This document shows, piece after piece, positions 20,295 through 32,997 of a stretch of DNA of 64,000 bases. Numbering within the stretch: position 1 is the first letter of the stretch; every line of letters begins with the position of its first letter. Made by a program: the position numbers and the translations under genes. Source of the DNA: an uncultured Planctomycetia bacterium (GTDB lineage: Bacteria; Omnitrophota; Gorgyraeia; Tantalellales; Tantalellaceae); contig CAYVIW010000076.1 in the NCBI GenBank assembly GCA_964451815.1, positions 6,210 through 70,209 on the forward strand, in the 5' to 3' direction. The notes under the pieces were generated by a model, which saw nothing but the letters and a program-made list of their open reading frames with translations, did no database searches and was not told the origin of the DNA.

Positions 20295-21365
20295 TTATTC
20301 CGATACCATCATGAAAACCCTGTTTATATCATCCATTGTAACTAAGCCTACTACCCTTTCCTTGTTGATAACAGGCAGAGCGTGGCTGTTGTACCTCTGC
20401 ATGAGTTTCCGCGCGACCTCTAGAGTAGCCGTAGCCTTAACAGGAGGAATATCCGCGCGCATAACGTTCTTTACCGGGGCCTCCTGCCCCACTGAATGCA
20501 TGCCCCTCATAACTTCTTTACGGGTTATTATTCCCTTGAGAAGTCCGTTATCCATAACCGCGAAATCCTCCCGGTGGCTGTGGAATATAAGTTCCAGCAC
20601 TTTTTTTATGGGGGTTTCAGGCGTTACATGAACAAAATCCCTTGAAAGAACATCTTCGACCCTGTATCTTTTTATCGTTTCCTGCACCATTACCTGCATG
20701 CCTTCTCCTGACGCGGACATATAAATAAAGACCGCTATGATAAGCAGGAAAATATGCCCGTGAACGATACCGAAGTAAGCGAAAAGCAGAGCGAAAATAT
20801 GCCCCAACCTTACAGCCACCCTGGTAGCTTCTTTTCTTCCCAGCCTGTACGAGAGAGCGGCTCTCAACACCCTTCCCCCGTCCATGGGAAAAGCGGGTAT
20901 CATATTGAAAACGGCAAGCACAAGATTTATCCAGTATATGTGGGCCAGAACATTGAACTGCCCCGTGTATTCTGCCTGCCCGCTCATAACGCGCAGAGGG
21001 TACATCAGCGCTTCGGCCCCCAGAACAGCCCTGAGAGGATAATAGAACAAGATAACCACTATAACGTTCGAAAGAGGTCCTGCCAGGGATATAATAAGCT
21101 CCTGATACGGCTTGGTGGGCATCTCGGGCATGGCAGCCACACCCCCTATGGGAAGAAGCGTTATGGTCTTCACTTTTATGCCGAAATACGCGGCTGCCAG
21201 GCTGTGACATATCTCATGCACTGTTACAAAAAAGAACACGCCCACCACCAGAAAAAGACCGCTGGGCCCAAGCAGAAAAAAGAACAGGGCCAGAAGCAGA
21301 AGGAACGTTACGTGTATATTTATGTCTATGCCCATTACGCGGGCAAGGCGGTAAGAATTCCTCAT
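20295..21365 (-). CDS. Site-2 protease (M50) with tandem CBS domains
   Basis: HEICH, NMIPAFPMDGG, hydrophobic segments, C-terminal CBS pair. Confidence 0.92.
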   Translation of the reverse strand: MRNSYRLARVMGIDINIHVTFLLLLALFFFLLGPSGLFLVVGVFFFVTVHEICHSLAAAYFGIKVKTITLLPIGGVAAMPEMPTKPYQELIISLAGPLSNVIVVILFYYPLRAVLGAEALMYPLRVMSGQAEYTGQFNVLAHIYWINLVLAVFNMIPAFPMDGGRVLRAALSYRLGRKEATRVAVRLGHIFALLFAYFGIVHGHIFLLIIAVFIYMSASGEGMQVMVQETIKRYRVEDVLSRDFVHVTPETPIKKVLELIFHSHREDFAVMDNGLLKGIITRKEVMRGMHSVGQEAPVKNVMRADIPPVKATATLEVARKLMQRYNSHALPVINKERVVGLVTMDDINRVFMMVSE

Positions 21366-22654
21366 ATCTTACGCAGTTCCTTTTTTATGCGCGTTTTATA
21401 TTTATCCTCTATTCTGGATATCATCGCCAGGTTCACCCCTGAAGATCGGAATATCGATCCTGCCGCGTCCTTCACGTCCTCGCATGTTACAGCGTCTATC
21501 TTTTTAAGGATGCCATCAACTTCCGGTATGTCCCCGTGCACCATGAATCTGTCTCCGAGCCACATCATACGCGTGGAAGTTCCTTCTATTGCCAGCAGAA
21601 ACTGGCCTTTCATGTATTTTTTAGCCCTGTCCAGCTCATCTTCGGTGACCCCCAGATCTTTCATCTTTTTGATCTCGTCAAGTATCGCCATCACGGACTT
21701 CACGGCTTTCATATTATCGACACCCGCGTGAATATGTATCTCCCCGACATCACTGTGCCTTTTATAAGAGGAGGCCACGTCGTAACAAAGTCCGTACTTC
21801 TCTCTGAGCTCCTCGAACAGACGGGACGACATGTTGCCGCCGAGTATGACGTTCATGAGTTTTATAGCGAACCTTTGGGCCTCGGTCTTCCCCAGCGAGT
21901 GGAACCCCATTGCTATGTGTGCCTGCTCAGACCTGGCGCTTACAAACCTGGTCTTTGGCTCCCTCTGAAGGACCGAGGGTGTGGCAAAGGAAAAAGACCT
22001 GCCCTTCTTACGGTCAGAGAATCTCTCGAACGATATCCGCTGAAGTCGCTTGAAATCAAGCTTTCCCGCCGCTATCACCGATATGTTGCCCGGATGGTAC
22101 ATACTGTCCCTGAAACCCGCGAGGCGGGAGCGGTTCATAGCCTTTACTGTGGTCTCGGTACCGGTGAGGACCCTTCCCAAAGGGTCACCCGGCCACATCA
22201 GCCTTGCCAGTATCTCAATAGCATACTCGGCCGGCTGGTCGCGGTACATCTTTATCTCCTCACATATAACTAATTTTTCCTTTTTGATATCCTCGGGGTC
22301 GAACCTGGCGTTCATTACCATATCAGAGATAACGTCAATACCCAGTTCAATATGTTCAGCCGGGACTTTGACCATATAGCAGGTGACCTCATCGGAAGTG
22401 AACCCATTAAACGCGCCCCCGACACCTTCTATGGCCCATTTTAACTGTTTACAGCCTCTTTTTTCGGTACCCTTGAAAAGCATATGCTCAACGAAATGGC
22501 TTATTCCGCTATCTTTCTCGGATTCGTATCGTCCTCCCGCGCCTATCCAGACTCCCAGGGATACCGACGACATCCCCGGCATAGGCGAAGCTATTACGTC
22601 AAGACCGTTATCAGAAGTAATTCTTTTGTACATGTTATTTTCCTTTTTGATCAA
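21362..22654 (-). CDS. M16 family zinc peptidase
   Basis: Inverted zinc motif HFVEH, NGFTS, GGNMSSRLF.ELRE. Confidence 0.92.
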   Translation of the reverse strand: MIKKENNMYKRITSDNGLDVIASPMPGMSSVSLGVWIGAGGRYESEKDSGISHFVEHMLFKGTEKRGCKQLKWAIEGVGGAFNGFTSDEVTCYMVKVPAEHIELGIDVISDMVMNARFDPEDIKKEKLVICEEIKMYRDQPAEYAIEILARLMWPGDPLGRVLTGTETTVKAMNRSRLAGFRDSMYHPGNISVIAAGKLDFKRLQRISFERFSDRKKGRSFSFATPSVLQREPKTRFVSARSEQAHIAMGFHSLGKTEAQRFAIKLMNVILGGNMSSRLFEELREKYGLCYDVASSYKRHSDVGEIHIHAGVDNMKAVKSVMAILDEIKKMKDLGVTEDELDRAKKYMKGQFLLAIEGTSTRMMWLGDRFMVHGDIPEVDGILKKIDAVTCEDVKDAAGSIFRSSGVNLAMISRIEDKYKTRIKKELRKI

Positions 22655-22684
22655 GGACAGCCCTTAATTGTACCAGATATGTCT

Positions 22685-23095
22685 CTATCTTATGCTGTCC
22701 AGGTAATTCTGCAAAATGACCTGCGCGGCCATCTTATCTATGACCTTTCTGCGTTTATTCCTTCTGACAGAGGCCTTTATAAGTATGTCTTCGGCTTCTT
22801 TAGTACTGAGCCGTTCATCCCACAGAACCACGGTAAAAGCGCCGCGGCGTTCTATCTTTTCGGCGAACCTTCTTGAGGCAAGCGCCCGTTCTCCCTCGGT
22901 GCCGTCCATGTTCACCGGCAGACCGATCACTATCGTCTTCACTTCGGAGCCGCGCGCCATATCCTCTATTAGGTCTATCGCCTTATCGTCGCTTATCCTC
23001 TTTATTGTATCTCTTGGATGAGCAAAAAAACACATCTCGTCGCTTACGGCGACGCCTATATTCCTGGTTCCCAGATCAAGGCCCATTATTCTCAT
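22685..23095 (-). CDS. ruvX: YqgF/RuvX pre-16S rRNA nuclease
   Basis: GLDLG...GVAVSD, GLP, WDERLST, IDKMAAQVILQ. Confidence 0.94.
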   Translation of the reverse strand: MRIMGLDLGTRNIGVAVSDEMCFFAHPRDTIKRISDDKAIDLIEDMARGSEVKTIVIGLPVNMDGTEGERALASRRFAEKIERRGAFTVVLWDERLSTKEAEDILIKASVRRNKRRKVIDKMAAQVILQNYLDSIR

Positions 23096-23098
23096 GAT

Positions 23099-23902
23099 CT
23101 ACACACCGTGCACTGCCCTCGAGATAGAGTCGGCAAACTTACCTATCTTGCCGGGAATGGCCTTTTTGTTCCGGAGACCTCCTTCTATTATCTTTATTAT
23201 CGCGCTGCCGATTATAACACCGGCGGAAGATCCCGCGACGCTTCTGGCCTGTTCCGGGGTGGAAACGCCAAAACCCGCGCACACGGGCTTACTCGTAGCC
23301 TTAGCCAGTTTTTTAAGGTCTTTTTCAAGCCCCCCGGCCAGAGAGCTCCTGGCACCCGTAACACCCGTTAGAGAAACATGATATATGAACCCTTTCGATA
23401 TTGCCGCTATTTTTCTGAACCTGGCCATGGAGGTGGTAGGAGAGGTGAGCATTATTAGATGAAAACCCTCTTTCGCCGACGCCTCGGCCAGCGGAGCCGA
23501 TTCTTCCATGGGAAGATCCGGCACTATTATACCATCAGCTCCCGCTTTCTTAGCTTCCCGGGAAAACTTCGCCAGGCCATATGTGTTAACAATATTGTAA
23601 TAGGTCATGAACACCAGAGGCGTATCAATGACTTTCCTCAAAGACCTTACCAGATCAAAGGTCTTTTTTACGTTACAGCCCGCCTTAAGCGAACGTTCGA
23701 CCGCTTTCTGTATGGTCGGTCCGTCCGCCAGAGGATCGGAAAATGGTATGCCAAGCTCTATTATATCGGCTCCGTTCTCGGAAAGAGCCCTGGCTATTCT
23801 GCCGCTGGTAGACATATCCGGATCGCCCGCCGTAATGTAAGCGATAAAGGCCTTTCTATTACTTTTCCTCAGCTCCCGGAATTTCTCGTCGATCCTGTTC
23901 AT
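23099..23902 (-). CDS. trpA: Tryptophan synthase alpha chain
   Basis: [25 protein letters not shown]. Confidence 0.97.
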   Translation of the reverse strand: MNRIDEKFRELRKSNRKAFIAYITAGDPDMSTSGRIARALSENGADIIELGIPFSDPLADGPTIQKAVERSLKAGCNVKKTFDLVRSLRKVIDTPLVFMTYYNIVNTYGLAKFSREAKKAGADGIIVPDLPMEESAPLAEASAKEGFHLIMLTSPTTSMARFRKIAAISKGFIYHVSLTGVTGARSSLAGGLEKDLKKLAKATSKPVCAGFGVSTPEQARSVAGSSAGVIIGSAIIKIIEGGLRNKKAIPGKIGKFADSISRAVHGV

Positions 23903-25116
23903 CTTCCCTCTCTTCGCCCTTTCCCCTCAAGGTTCTCCCTTATTATACCTATATCTTTATCCCCTCTTCCCGAGAGGCACACCACTATTATGTCCTTTTT
24001 TGATGTCTTTTTGGCAAGTTTGGGCAGATACGCTATGGCATGCGCCGACTCAAGCGCCGGAATTATGCCTTCTTCTTCTGAAAGCAGTTTCACTCCATAC
24101 ATGGCCGCGCTGTCATCCACCGATACGTAACTGGCCCTCTTGGTCTTTTTGTAAAAAGCGTGTTCGGGGCCCACACCCGGATAATCGAGACCGGCTGATA
24201 TCGAATGAGCCAGTTTTATCTGCCCGTCACTGTCCTGCAGGACCAGGCTCCTGCTTCCATGAAGAATGCCAGGTTTTCCCTTCAAAAGAGCCGCGCCGTG
24301 ATGTCCGCTGTTTATTCCCAGTCCGCCCGCCTCGACTCCAAGGAACTTCACTTTTTTGTCGTTATAGAACGGATGAAAAAGACCCAGGGCATTGCTGCCC
24401 CCTCCCACACAGGCCACAAGGAACGAAGGCAGCTTTCCTTCTTTTCGCGTTATCTGCACCCGGGCCTCTCTGCCTATGACCGATTGAAGATCCCTTACCA
24501 TTACCGGGTAGGGATGTGGTCCGGCAACCGACCCGATAACATAGAAAGTATCGCGCACATTGGTCACCCAGTCCCTTATGGCTTCGTTCATAGCGTCCTT
24601 AAGCGTACAGGACCCTGACTTCACGGGTATCACCCGAGCCCCCAGAAGCTCCATACGAAAGACATTGAGGCTCTGCCGCTCTATATCTTCGGTGCCCATG
24701 TATACATCGCACTTGAGCCCGAACAAGGCCGCCACGGTGGCTGTGGCTACCCCATGCTGGCCCGCCCCTGTTTCTGCTATCAGGCGCTTCTTGCCCATCT
24801 CGACAGCTATCAGGGCCTGCCCGATGGTATTGTTTATCTTGTGCGCCCCTGTGTGCAAAAGATCCTCTCTCTTAAGATATATCCTGCCACCTCCGAATTT
24901 TCGGGTGAGCTTTTCGGCGAAATACAGTGGAGTGGGCCTGCCGGCGTATTCTTTCAGATAATAAGCGAACCTTTTCCTGAAAGAAGATGACCGGCTTATC
25001 CTTTTATACGCCGCCTTGAGCTCTATCAAAGCGGGTATTAAGGTCTCGGGCACATATTCTCCGCCGAACTGGCCGAAATATCCCTTGTTATCGGGATAAC
25101 TACGCTTGTTTGGCAT
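23899..25116 (-). CDS. trpB: Tryptophan synthase beta chain (TrpB1)
   Basis: [36 protein letters not shown]. Confidence 0.97.
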   Translation of the reverse strand: MPNKRSYPDNKGYFGQFGGEYVPETLIPALIELKAAYKRISRSSSFRKRFAYYLKEYAGRPTPLYFAEKLTRKFGGGRIYLKREDLLHTGAHKINNTIGQALIAVEMGKKRLIAETGAGQHGVATATVAALFGLKCDVYMGTEDIERQSLNVFRMELLGARVIPVKSGSCTLKDAMNEAIRDWVTNVRDTFYVIGSVAGPHPYPVMVRDLQSVIGREARVQITRKEGKLPSFLVACVGGGSNALGLFHPFYNDKKVKFLGVEAGGLGINSGHHGAALLKGKPGILHGSRSLVLQDSDGQIKLAHSISAGLDYPGVGPEHAFYKKTKRASYVSVDDSAAMYGVKLLSEEEGIIPALESAHAIAYLPKLAKKTSKKDIIVVCLSGRGDKDIGIIRENLEGKGRREGR

Positions 25117-25762
25117 TTTTTATGAACTCCTTGATAAGCCCCGCGTCTTTATTGCCGGGGAATTTTTCAACACCACTCGAGACATCCACGCCGTAAGGCC
25201 GTATGGACTTTACGGCCTCGGCTACATTCGAAGCGTCAAGACCTCCTGCCAGAAAGAAAGGCCGGGACAACCGAGTCTTTTCTTTTACTATCACGTCCCA
25301 GTCAAACCTGAGCCCGGTTCCTCCCGGCATATAAGGATGGAACGTATCAAACACAAAATAATCCACGGCATCGTAATCTCCCGGCATGCAGGCCCCGTTC
25401 GGGATTATACTGTCGTAGACCTTGAAAACTTTCATTATGCTCGCGCCGGTCCTCTTTTTAATTAGGTCGCAATACTCGGGACTTTCCTCCCCCTGAAGCT
25501 GAATATGGTCCACCCCGCAGGTGGAAACTACAGATATCACCCTTTCTGGATCCTCGTCCTTGAAAAGCACCGTAGTACCCGCTGATCCGTCCATGCCGGG
25601 GGGCATACCCTTAAGTATGCGGGAGACATCATCTGGATGCACACATCTGGGAGTTCCCTTAACAAAGATGAACCCCAGATTGTCGGCCCCGTTCTCCCTG
25701 GCGCTTATGGCGTCCTCGAGACAGGTTATGCCGCAGATCTTTACTTTGACCATATCATTCAC
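25100..25762 (-). CDS. trpF: Phosphoribosylanthranilate isomerase
   Basis: [25 protein letters not shown]. Confidence 0.93.
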   Translation of the reverse strand: MNDMVKVKICGITCLEDAISARENGADNLGFIFVKGTPRCVHPDDVSRILKGMPPGMDGSAGTTVLFKDEDPERVISVVSTCGVDHIQLQGEESPEYCDLIKKRTGASIMKVFKVYDSIIPNGACMPGDYDAVDYFVFDTFHPYMPGGTGLRFDWDVIVKEKTRLSRPFFLAGGLDASNVAEAVKSIRPYGVDVSSGVEKFPGNKDAGLIKEFIKNAKQA

Positions 25763-25771
25763 CTTTTCCCC

Positions 25772-27127
25772 TCACCCCACGCGCGGTACGTCTTTCAGGG
25801 CATCCTGTATATATTCATCGGACAGCTCAAAATCCTTGAGCTCTCCGCTGAGATAGGCGTTATAAGAAGCGAGGTCGAAATGACCGTGTCCGCTGAACAT
25901 AAGGACTATACACTTTTCTTCTCCCGTCTCGCGGCACTTTACGGCCTCATCTATTACCGCTTTTATGGCGTGCGCTGTCTCCGGAGCCGGTACCGTGCCT
26001 TCTGTGCCGGCAAAAAGCACCGCGGCCTCGAAAACCGAGTTCTGATGATAAGACCTTGCCTCCATAATCCCCTGGTCCACCAGAAGGCTTACAAGCGGGG
26101 CCATACCGTGATACCTCAAGCCTCCGGAATGTATGTTCGGTGGAACGAAACCGTGCCCGAGCGTATGCATTAATATCAGGGGCGTAGTACGGGCCGTATC
26201 TCCAAAATCATACCTGTAGGGAGCTTTTGTAAGCGTCGGACAGGCGGTGGGTTCCGTGCCTATTATCTGTATATCGGCGCCGCCTAATTTATCCTTAACA
26301 AATGGGAAGGAGAACCCGGCAAAGTTACTGCCTCCTCCGCAGCACCCTATAAGGATGTCCGGGCTTTCACCGGCTATCTTAAGCTGTTTTTTTACTTCCT
26401 GCCCGACTATGGTCTGATGCAGAAGAACATGGTTAAGAACGCTCCCCAGAGAATATTTAACATCTTCGTTGCTTGACGCCATCTCGATCGCTTCGGAAAT
26501 GGCTATGCCCAGGCTGCCGGGAGTATCGGGCATCCTGGCCAGGATCTTTTTACCGGTTTCGGTCCTGTCGCTCGGAGACGGGTAAACCTTGCCGTTCCAT
26601 AAGTGCATAAGGAACTTCCTGTAGGGTTTCTGGTCATAACTGCATCTTACCATGTACACTTCACACTCTATGTCGAAAATATTGCAGGCAAAAGAAAGCG
26701 CGCTTCCCCACTGGCCCGCGCCTGTTTCGGTGGTTATTTTTCTCACGCCCTCTTTCTTGTTGTAATAGGCCTGGGCTACGGCCGTGTTGGGTTTGTGGCT
26801 GCCCGGAGGCGAAACACTTTCGTCCTTAAAATATATTCTCGCGGGGGTCTTAAGAGCCTTTTCGAGCCTCACGGCCCTTCTGAGCGGAGTGGGTCTCCAT
26901 ATACGGTATACGTCGATCAATTCGTCCGGTATATCTATATATCTTTCCTGGGACATTTCCTGTTCTATAAGTGACATGGGAAATATCGGAGCAAGATCTC
27001 CGGGACCGATAGGCTTCCCCGTGGCAGGGTTAAGCGGCGGTTTGAGCGGGACAGGTAGATCGGGCTGTATGTTATACCACGCCCTGGGCATATCTTTTTC
27101 GCTCAGCAATATCTTGGTATCTTCCAT
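25772..27127 (-). CDS. trpB2: TrpB-like PLP enzyme (tryptophan synthase beta 2)
   Basis: [41 protein letters not shown]. Confidence 0.93.
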   Translation of the reverse strand: MEDTKILLSEKDMPRAWYNIQPDLPVPLKPPLNPATGKPIGPGDLAPIFPMSLIEQEMSQERYIDIPDELIDVYRIWRPTPLRRAVRLEKALKTPARIYFKDESVSPPGSHKPNTAVAQAYYNKKEGVRKITTETGAGQWGSALSFACNIFDIECEVYMVRCSYDQKPYRKFLMHLWNGKVYPSPSDRTETGKKILARMPDTPGSLGIAISEAIEMASSNEDVKYSLGSVLNHVLLHQTIVGQEVKKQLKIAGESPDILIGCCGGGSNFAGFSFPFVKDKLGGADIQIIGTEPTACPTLTKAPYRYDFGDTARTTPLILMHTLGHGFVPPNIHSGGLRYHGMAPLVSLLVDQGIMEARSYHQNSVFEAAVLFAGTEGTVPAPETAHAIKAVIDEAVKCRETGEEKCIVLMFSGHGHFDLASYNAYLSGELKDFELSDEYIQDALKDVPRVG

Positions 27128-27151
27128 TTTCCGTTCTCCCTTCTTTTTTGT

Positions 27152-27928
27152 CTATTCCCTTATGAGTTCCCTGACCTTGTCGACTATGTTATCAGCCCTC
27201 ATGAATGTCTCCCCGATGAGAACCGCGTTAACTCCCAGACTTTTAAGGAACATCACCTGCTCATATGTCTCTATACCGCTCTCTGAAACTATGACCTTGT
27301 TCTCCGGTATCAGACGTATCAGATGCTGGGTAACGGACACGTCAACGTTAAAATCATTAAGGTCCCTGTTGTTTATCCCGATGATGGACGCGGGTGTAGA
27401 CAAAACTTTTTCAACTTCTTCGACATTGTGTACCTCCATAAGCACATCCATCCCCAGGGTCTTGGCGAGCGAATAATAACGGTTCAGCTCTTCCGGCGTA
27501 AGGATATTAGCTATAAGCAGGATAGCGTCCGCGCCCGCGACAGCCGATTGGTATATCTGGTATTCGTCTATGATAAAATCCTTCCTGAGAACAGGTATGG
27601 TCACCCTTTCGGCTACCGTCTTCAGATATTCGAGTCTCCCGTCAAAGAATCTCTCGTCAGTAAGGATGCTGATCGCCGCCGCGCCGGCCGCGTTATAAGC
27701 CAGAGCTATCCTCAGCGGGTCGAAATCAACCCTCATGACCCCTTTTGACGGGGAGCTGCGTTTTATCTCCGCGATAAGGTTTATGTGGCCTTTTCTTGAG
27801 ATATTCTTCTTGAAAGAGCTTTTAATACAGAGGGATTCCGCTTTCTGTTTAAGATCGCTCAGGGACACGCCGGCCTGTGCCTTTTCGATCTCTTTTTTCT
27901 TTTCCTCTATTATTCTCGACAATATCAT
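27152..27928 (-). CDS. trpC: Indole-3-glycerol phosphate synthase
   Basis: IAEIKRSSPSKG, LRKDF, GINNRDL, SESGI. Confidence 0.96.
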   Translation of the reverse strand: MILSRIIEEKKKEIEKAQAGVSLSDLKQKAESLCIKSSFKKNISRKGHINLIAEIKRSSPSKGVMRVDFDPLRIALAYNAAGAAAISILTDERFFDGRLEYLKTVAERVTIPVLRKDFIIDEYQIYQSAVAGADAILLIANILTPEELNRYYSLAKTLGMDVLMEVHNVEEVEKVLSTPASIIGINNRDLNDFNVDVSVTQHLIRLIPENKVIVSESGIETYEQVMFLKSLGVNAVLIGETFMRADNIVDKVRELIRE

Positions 27929-28971
27929 TTTCCCCCTTTTGCCCCTGATAGCGAAGCGCTTGTGATCTCGATTAACGCATTGAGTTTATTTAGCGCTTGC
28001 CCCGAATCTATTGAGGCGGCGGCTATTCTCATACCTTCTTTAAACCCGCGGGCCTTCCCCGCGGCCACAAGGGCCACACTTGAGTTCATCAGAACAATGT
28101 CCCGGCAGGCCCCTTTCTTCCCCGAAAGCACTCCGCGCAGTATGGAAGCGTTGGCTTTGGCCCCTCTGCCTTTTACACAGTCCATACTTCTCTTCTTCAC
28201 GCCAAAATCCGAAGGCCGAACGTTATATGTCCTGACCTTTCCGAGATTGAGCTCGCTTATTCTGGTACTGCCGGATATAGACACCTCGTCTATAGGGCCG
28301 TGGCCGTTGACCACAAAAGCTCTTCTGGAGCCGAGATGTTTGAGAACGTTAGCCATATCTTCAGTAAGGGAGGGGTTATATACTCCTATAACATGAAGAC
28401 GAGCCGAGGCCGGATTTGAAAGAGGCCCGAGTATATTGAACACAGTTCGTATGGCTATCTCCTTTCTAACGTGAACGGCGTGTTTCATCGCGGTGTGATA
28501 GATCGGAGCGAAAATGAACCCGACGTTTATATCCTTTATGGCCTTTTCGGTTATTTTTACGGGCGCGTCGATCCTGACCCCGAGCTCCTCCAGAACATCC
28601 GCGCTGCCGCAATGGCTTGAGGCGGAACGATTGCCATGTTTAGCGACCTTGACCCCGCAGGCGGCAACAACGAACGCTGACGCGGTGGATATATTGAACG
28701 TGTTCGATCCCGAGCCGCCTGTTCCACAGGTATCCAGAACATTCGAAGCGACGCCGTCCAATTTTACTTTTAACGCTTTTTGTCTCATTACGCGAGCGGC
28801 GCCGGCTATTTCATCCACTGTCTCGCCTTTTATCGCAAGGGCGGTTATAAAAGAACCTATCTGGGCCGGTGTGGCCTTGCCGCTCATGATAACGCTGAAA
28901 ACCGACCGCATTTCTTTCTCGGAAAGATCTTTCCCGCCAACTATTTTCTTTATAGCTTTTTTAATATCCAT
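27925..28971 (-). CDS. trpD: Anthranilate phosphoribosyltransferase
   Basis: DTCGTGG, NIST, KHGNRS, RTVFNILGPL. Confidence 0.96.
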   Translation of the reverse strand: MDIKKAIKKIVGGKDLSEKEMRSVFSVIMSGKATPAQIGSFITALAIKGETVDEIAGAARVMRQKALKVKLDGVASNVLDTCGTGGSGSNTFNISTASAFVVAACGVKVAKHGNRSASSHCGSADVLEELGVRIDAPVKITEKAIKDINVGFIFAPIYHTAMKHAVHVRKEIAIRTVFNILGPLSNPASARLHVIGVYNPSLTEDMANVLKHLGSRRAFVVNGHGPIDEVSISGSTRISELNLGKVRTYNVRPSDFGVKKRSMDCVKGRGAKANASILRGVLSGKKGACRDIVLMNSSVALVAAGKARGFKEGMRIAAASIDSGQALNKLNALIEITSASLSGAKGGK

Positions 28972-29031
28972 TCTCTCGCGCCTTGTCGATAGGGACGTTT
29001 AATATCGCTGTATTCTAAAACGAGCCGTATC

Positions 29032-29601
29032 TTATTTTTCAATATCCACGAAGTTCCGGAGGAGATTTTTCCCCTCAAGTGTCAATATGGACTCCGGATG
29101 GAACTGTACGCCCCACACAGAAAGTGCGGTGTGCCTCAGACCCATTATTTCACCGTCATCCGTCCAGGCAATTACCCGGAGTGGTTCTTTGACGGTGTCC
29201 GGTTTTACCACTAGTGAATGGTATCTTGTGGCCTCGAACGGCGAAGGCAGACCCCGGAAGATACCCTCTCCGTTATGGTGTATGCCACTGACCTTGCCGT
29301 GCATGATCTTGCTTCCCCTTACGATCTCGGCACCATGCGCCTCGGCTATGGCCTGATGTCCGAGACATACCCCCAATATAGGCACCCTGCCGGCGAACGA
29401 GCTTATTACATCCTTTGATATCCCGGCTCCGGAGGGACGTCCCGGCCCCGGAGATATTATGATCTTTTCGGGCGTCAGTGCCTCAATTTCCTCGAGCGTT
29501 ATCTTATCATTCCTTGAGACCTGAACTTTAAGCCCCATCTCGCCTATATACTGGACAAGGTTATATGTAAAAGAATCGTAATTATCGATCACCAGGATCA
29601 T
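29032..29601 (-). CDS. trpG: Anthranilate synthase component II
   Basis: [29 protein letters not shown]. Confidence 0.93.
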   Translation of the reverse strand: MILVIDNYDSFTYNLVQYIGEMGLKVQVSRNDKITLEEIEALTPEKIIISPGPGRPSGAGISKDVISSFAGRVPILGVCLGHQAIAEAHGAEIVRGSKIMHGKVSGIHHNGEGIFRGLPSPFEATRYHSLVVKPDTVKEPLRVIAWTDDGEIMGLRHTALSVWGVQFHPESILTLEGKNLLRNFVDIEK

Positions 29602-31076
29602 TTCAGACCTCTCTCGGCCGAATCTATCGCTTTCATCATGGCCATCGCTTTGTTAACTGTTTCCTGATACTCATTTTCCGCGACGGAATCGAGCACTATA
29701 CCCGCCCCTGCCTGGACATAAGCGGTATCGCCGCTTGTGACTATGGTACGGATGGTTATACACATATCGGTATTACCCGAAAAACTTATGTATCCCACGC
29801 ACCCGGCGTACGGGCCTCTGGTAACTTTTTCCAGCTCATCTATTATCTCCATGGCCCTCACCTTTGGCGCTCCGGTCACCGTCCCCGCGGGGAAGGTCGC
29901 TCTTATCAGGTCAAAAACGTCCTTATCTTCCATTAGCTTTCCGGAAACACCGCTGACTATATGCATAACGTGAGAGTACCTCTCTATGCTCATTATGTCG
30001 TGCGTTACCACGCTGGAATACTCGCATACCCTGCCTATATCGTTGCGGCCCAGGTCCACAAGCATTATATGCTCGGCCCTTTCCTTTGGATCGGCCAGCA
30101 GTTCCTTCTCGAGAAGAGCGTCGTCTTCCTCGGTGGCCCCCCTCTTTCTGGTGCCCGCGATAGGCCTGACCTCGACCACGCCGTCTTCACCTCTGACGAG
30201 TATCTCGGGAGAGGCTCCTATCATAGTGTCTTTTCCCATCTTAAGATAGAACATGTATGGTGAAGGATTTATTGATCTCAGCGCCCTGTATATCGAGAAT
30301 GTCGAGGCTTTTGTCCTGCGGGTGAACCGCTGGGAAAGCACCACCTGGATGACATCCCCGGATTTTATGTATTCTTTGGCTCGTTCCACTATCGAGCAGA
30401 ACTCCTCCCTGGTAAGATTGGACCCGGCCTCTTCCGACGGAGGATGGGTCTCATTTTCCTTATGCCCGGTCAGGGTGCGCTCCAGTTTTTGCGCTATCTT
30501 CTCTATCTTTACGCAGGCCTTATCATAAGTATCGGCCGGGGAGTCCTTCTCTACAAGCGAATTGGAAACTATCTTTATTTTATGGTCCACATGGTCAAAT
30601 ATAAGTATAGTGTCCGTGAGCATAAGAAGCATATCCGGCATATCAGTATCGTCAGCCTTGCGGCCGGGCAGATCCTCTATGAACCTGACCATGTCGTACC
30701 CGAGATACCCCACCAGACCGCCAGTGAACCGGGGAAGCCCTTTTACCGGAACAAACCTGAAGTGTGACATGTAGCGCCTGACTTCTTCCATCGGATCGCA
30801 TTCGGCCTTATGGGTGTCGACCCTGTCGCCGCGCGTGAATGTTATTGTCTCGCCCTTACTTTTTATTACCAGCGAAGGGCGGCTCCCGAGAAAAGAATAT
30901 CTCGCCGCGTTCTCTCCCCCCTCAACGGATTCCAGGAGGTAAGAATACTCTCCCTCCTCTATCTTCAAAAAGGCCGAAATAGGCGTCTCGAAATCGGCAA
31001 GGATCTCCTTGTAAACGGGAATAACGTTACCTTTTTGCGCCAGAGCTAAAAATTCTTCTTTAGAAGGGTAATACAT
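29598..31076 (-). CDS. trpE: Anthranilate synthase component I
   Basis: [36 protein letters not shown]. Confidence 0.95.
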   Translation of the reverse strand: MYYPSKEEFLALAQKGNVIPVYKEILADFETPISAFLKIEEGEYSYLLESVEGGENAARYSFLGSRPSLVIKSKGETITFTRGDRVDTHKAECDPMEEVRRYMSHFRFVPVKGLPRFTGGLVGYLGYDMVRFIEDLPGRKADDTDMPDMLLMLTDTILIFDHVDHKIKIVSNSLVEKDSPADTYDKACVKIEKIAQKLERTLTGHKENETHPPSEEAGSNLTREEFCSIVERAKEYIKSGDVIQVVLSQRFTRRTKASTFSIYRALRSINPSPYMFYLKMGKDTMIGASPEILVRGEDGVVEVRPIAGTRKRGATEEDDALLEKELLADPKERAEHIMLVDLGRNDIGRVCEYSSVVTHDIMSIERYSHVMHIVSGVSGKLMEDKDVFDLIRATFPAGTVTGAPKVRAMEIIDELEKVTRGPYAGCVGYISFSGNTDMCITIRTIVTSGDTAYVQAGAGIVLDSVAENEYQETVNKAMAMMKAIDSAERGLK

Positions 31077-31081
31077 TCTCT

Positions 31082-31489
31082 TTACTTTTTATCCTGTGGG
31101 TTTACATTTTCACGATATACCTGGTCCGGGTCGAACAATCTCTCGGCGTCTATCCGGATATCGCCTTGAGCATCCACCCGCCTGAAATAACAGCTGAAAT
31201 ATCCTTTGTGGCACGCGGCCCTCTCCTGGTCTACCTTGAAAAGAACAGAGTTATCCGCGCAGTCCACATAGACCTCTCTGACAGTCTGGACACATCCGGA
31301 AGTTTCGCCTTTTATCATTACACGGCCCTTTGAACGCCTGAAAACATGTACCTTTTTTTCTTTCATTGTCTTCTCCAGGGCTTCGCGGTCCATATAACAC
31401 AGTGTAAGGACCTCCAGCGTCCTGTGGTCTTGTATGACCGCGGGTATGAGCCCTTTGCTGTCAAAATTCAGTTTATCTATAAGAGCCAT
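31082..31489 (-). CDS. hisI: Phosphoribosyl-AMP cyclohydrolase (no HisE domain)
   Basis: [17 protein letters not shown]...ACH.G..SC zinc motif. Confidence 0.88.
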   Translation of the reverse strand: MALIDKLNFDSKGLIPAVIQDHRTLEVLTLCYMDREALEKTMKEKKVHVFRRSKGRVMIKGETSGCVQTVREVYVDCADNSVLFKVDQERAACHKGYFSCYFRRVDAQGDIRIDAERLFDPDQVYRENVNPQDKK

Positions 31490-32288
31490 TACTTCCTCCT
31501 TTTTCTTTCCCGCCCGGGAAAAGGCCGTCCTGATCCCTTACCGCCACACCCTTCGCCCTTAGATATTTCTTTACATCTCCTATAGAGAACTCCTTGAAAT
31601 GGAACACTGATGCCGCCAGAGCCGCGTCGGCCTTACCCCGCACAAGGACCTCGGCGAAATGATCGAGTGAACCGCATCCGCCCGAAGCTATGACCGGTAT
31701 GTTAACCGCTTCGCTTATGGCTTTTGTCAGATCTATATCATAACCGTCTTTGGTGCCGTCCCGGTCCATGCTGGTGAGAAGTATTTCTCCCGCTCCAAGT
31801 TTCTCTACCTCGCGCGCCCATTTCACGGCTTCTATCCCCGCGCTTTCGCGGCCGCCGTTTATGTATACCTCCCAGCCGCCGCCCGCGGACGCCTTGGCGT
31901 CAATAGCCACTACCACACACTGCCTGCCGAATCTGGAACTCGCCTGGCTTATGAATTCCGGCCTTTTGACGGCGGAGGTGTTCATCGAGACCTTGTCGCA
32001 CCCCGCGTTCAGAAGCTCCCTTATATCTTCGTTGGTCGAGATCCCGCCGCCCACGGTAAAAGGCATGAACACCTCTTCGGCCACGCGCCTGACGACATCT
32101 ACCATGGTCTTTCTTTTTTCATGGCTTGCGGTTATATCAAGAAACACCAGTTCGTCGGCACCTTCGTCATTGTATATCCTGGCGTTCTCCACCGGATCGC
32201 CCGCGTCGCGAAGGTCCACAAAATTAACGCCCTTTACCACTCTGCCGTCCTTTACATCAAGACACGGGATTATCCGTTTTGCCAGCAT
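31473..32288 (-). CDS. hisF: Imidazole glycerol phosphate synthase cyclase subunit
   Basis: [28 protein letters not shown]. Confidence 0.97.
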   Translation of the reverse strand: MLAKRIIPCLDVKDGRVVKGVNFVDLRDAGDPVENARIYNDEGADELVFLDITASHEKRKTMVDVVRRVAEEVFMPFTVGGGISTNEDIRELLNAGCDKVSMNTSAVKRPEFISQASSRFGRQCVVVAIDAKASAGGGWEVYINGGRESAGIEAVKWAREVEKLGAGEILLTSMDRDGTKDGYDIDLTKAISEAVNIPVIASGGCGSLDHFAEVLVRGKADAALAASVFHFKEFSIGDVKKYLRAKGVAVRDQDGLFPGGKEKGGSNGSYR

Positions 32289-32997
32289 CTATTGCCTCCC
32301 TCAGGTCTATGGTGCCCTCGTAAAGGGCCCTGCCGATAATGACGCCCGAAAGCCCCTTCGCTTCCAGGGTTTTAAGCTTGATAACGTGGTCTTTTGTCTT
32401 GACCCCTCCCGCCGAGATTATCTTTATCCGGGAAATGTCGAGTATACTTTCGATACTTTCCATATTCGGACCGGCCAGCATGCCGTCACTTTTAATATCT
32501 GTATATATCATCTCCTTTACCCCGAAACCGGCAAACCACCCGAGAACGGTGGGAACGTCTATATCCACCGAGTCTTCCCAGCCCCCGACGCTTGGTCTGA
32601 AGTTTTTGACATCAAGGCTGAATATTATCTTTTCGCCGAAATCATCAACACAGTTATGCGCGAAGTTTATGTCTGTAAAGGCCTTGGACCCAAGGACCAC
32701 CCTGCTTACCCCTTTGTCGATAGCGCCGCATATATCTTCACGGGTTCTGTAGCCGCCTCCGGTCTCAACGGGTATATCGACAGCCTTAACTATAGACTCT
32801 ACCACTCCCAGATTTACCGGCCTTCCCTCTTTTGCCCCGTCAAGGTCCACTATGTGAAGAAGGGAGGCACCCATCTCCTGCCATTTTAACGCGGCCTCAA
32901 CGGGAGATATATTGTAGACCATTTTGCGGTCATACTCACCCTGCTTAAGCCTGACCGTCTTTCCGCCTATAAGGTCTATCGCTGGTATTATTTTCAT
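32257..32997 (-). CDS. hisA: ProFAR isomerase
   Basis: [28 protein letters not shown]. Confidence 0.95.
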   Translation of the reverse strand: MKIIPAIDLIGGKTVRLKQGEYDRKMVYNISPVEAALKWQEMGASLLHIVDLDGAKEGRPVNLGVVESIVKAVDIPVETGGGYRTREDICGAIDKGVSRVVLGSKAFTDINFAHNCVDDFGEKIIFSLDVKNFRPSVGGWEDSVDIDVPTVLGWFAGFGVKEMIYTDIKSDGMLAGPNMESIESILDISRIKIISAGGVKTKDHVIKLKTLEAKGLSGVIIGRALYEGTIDLREAIDAGKTDNPVS

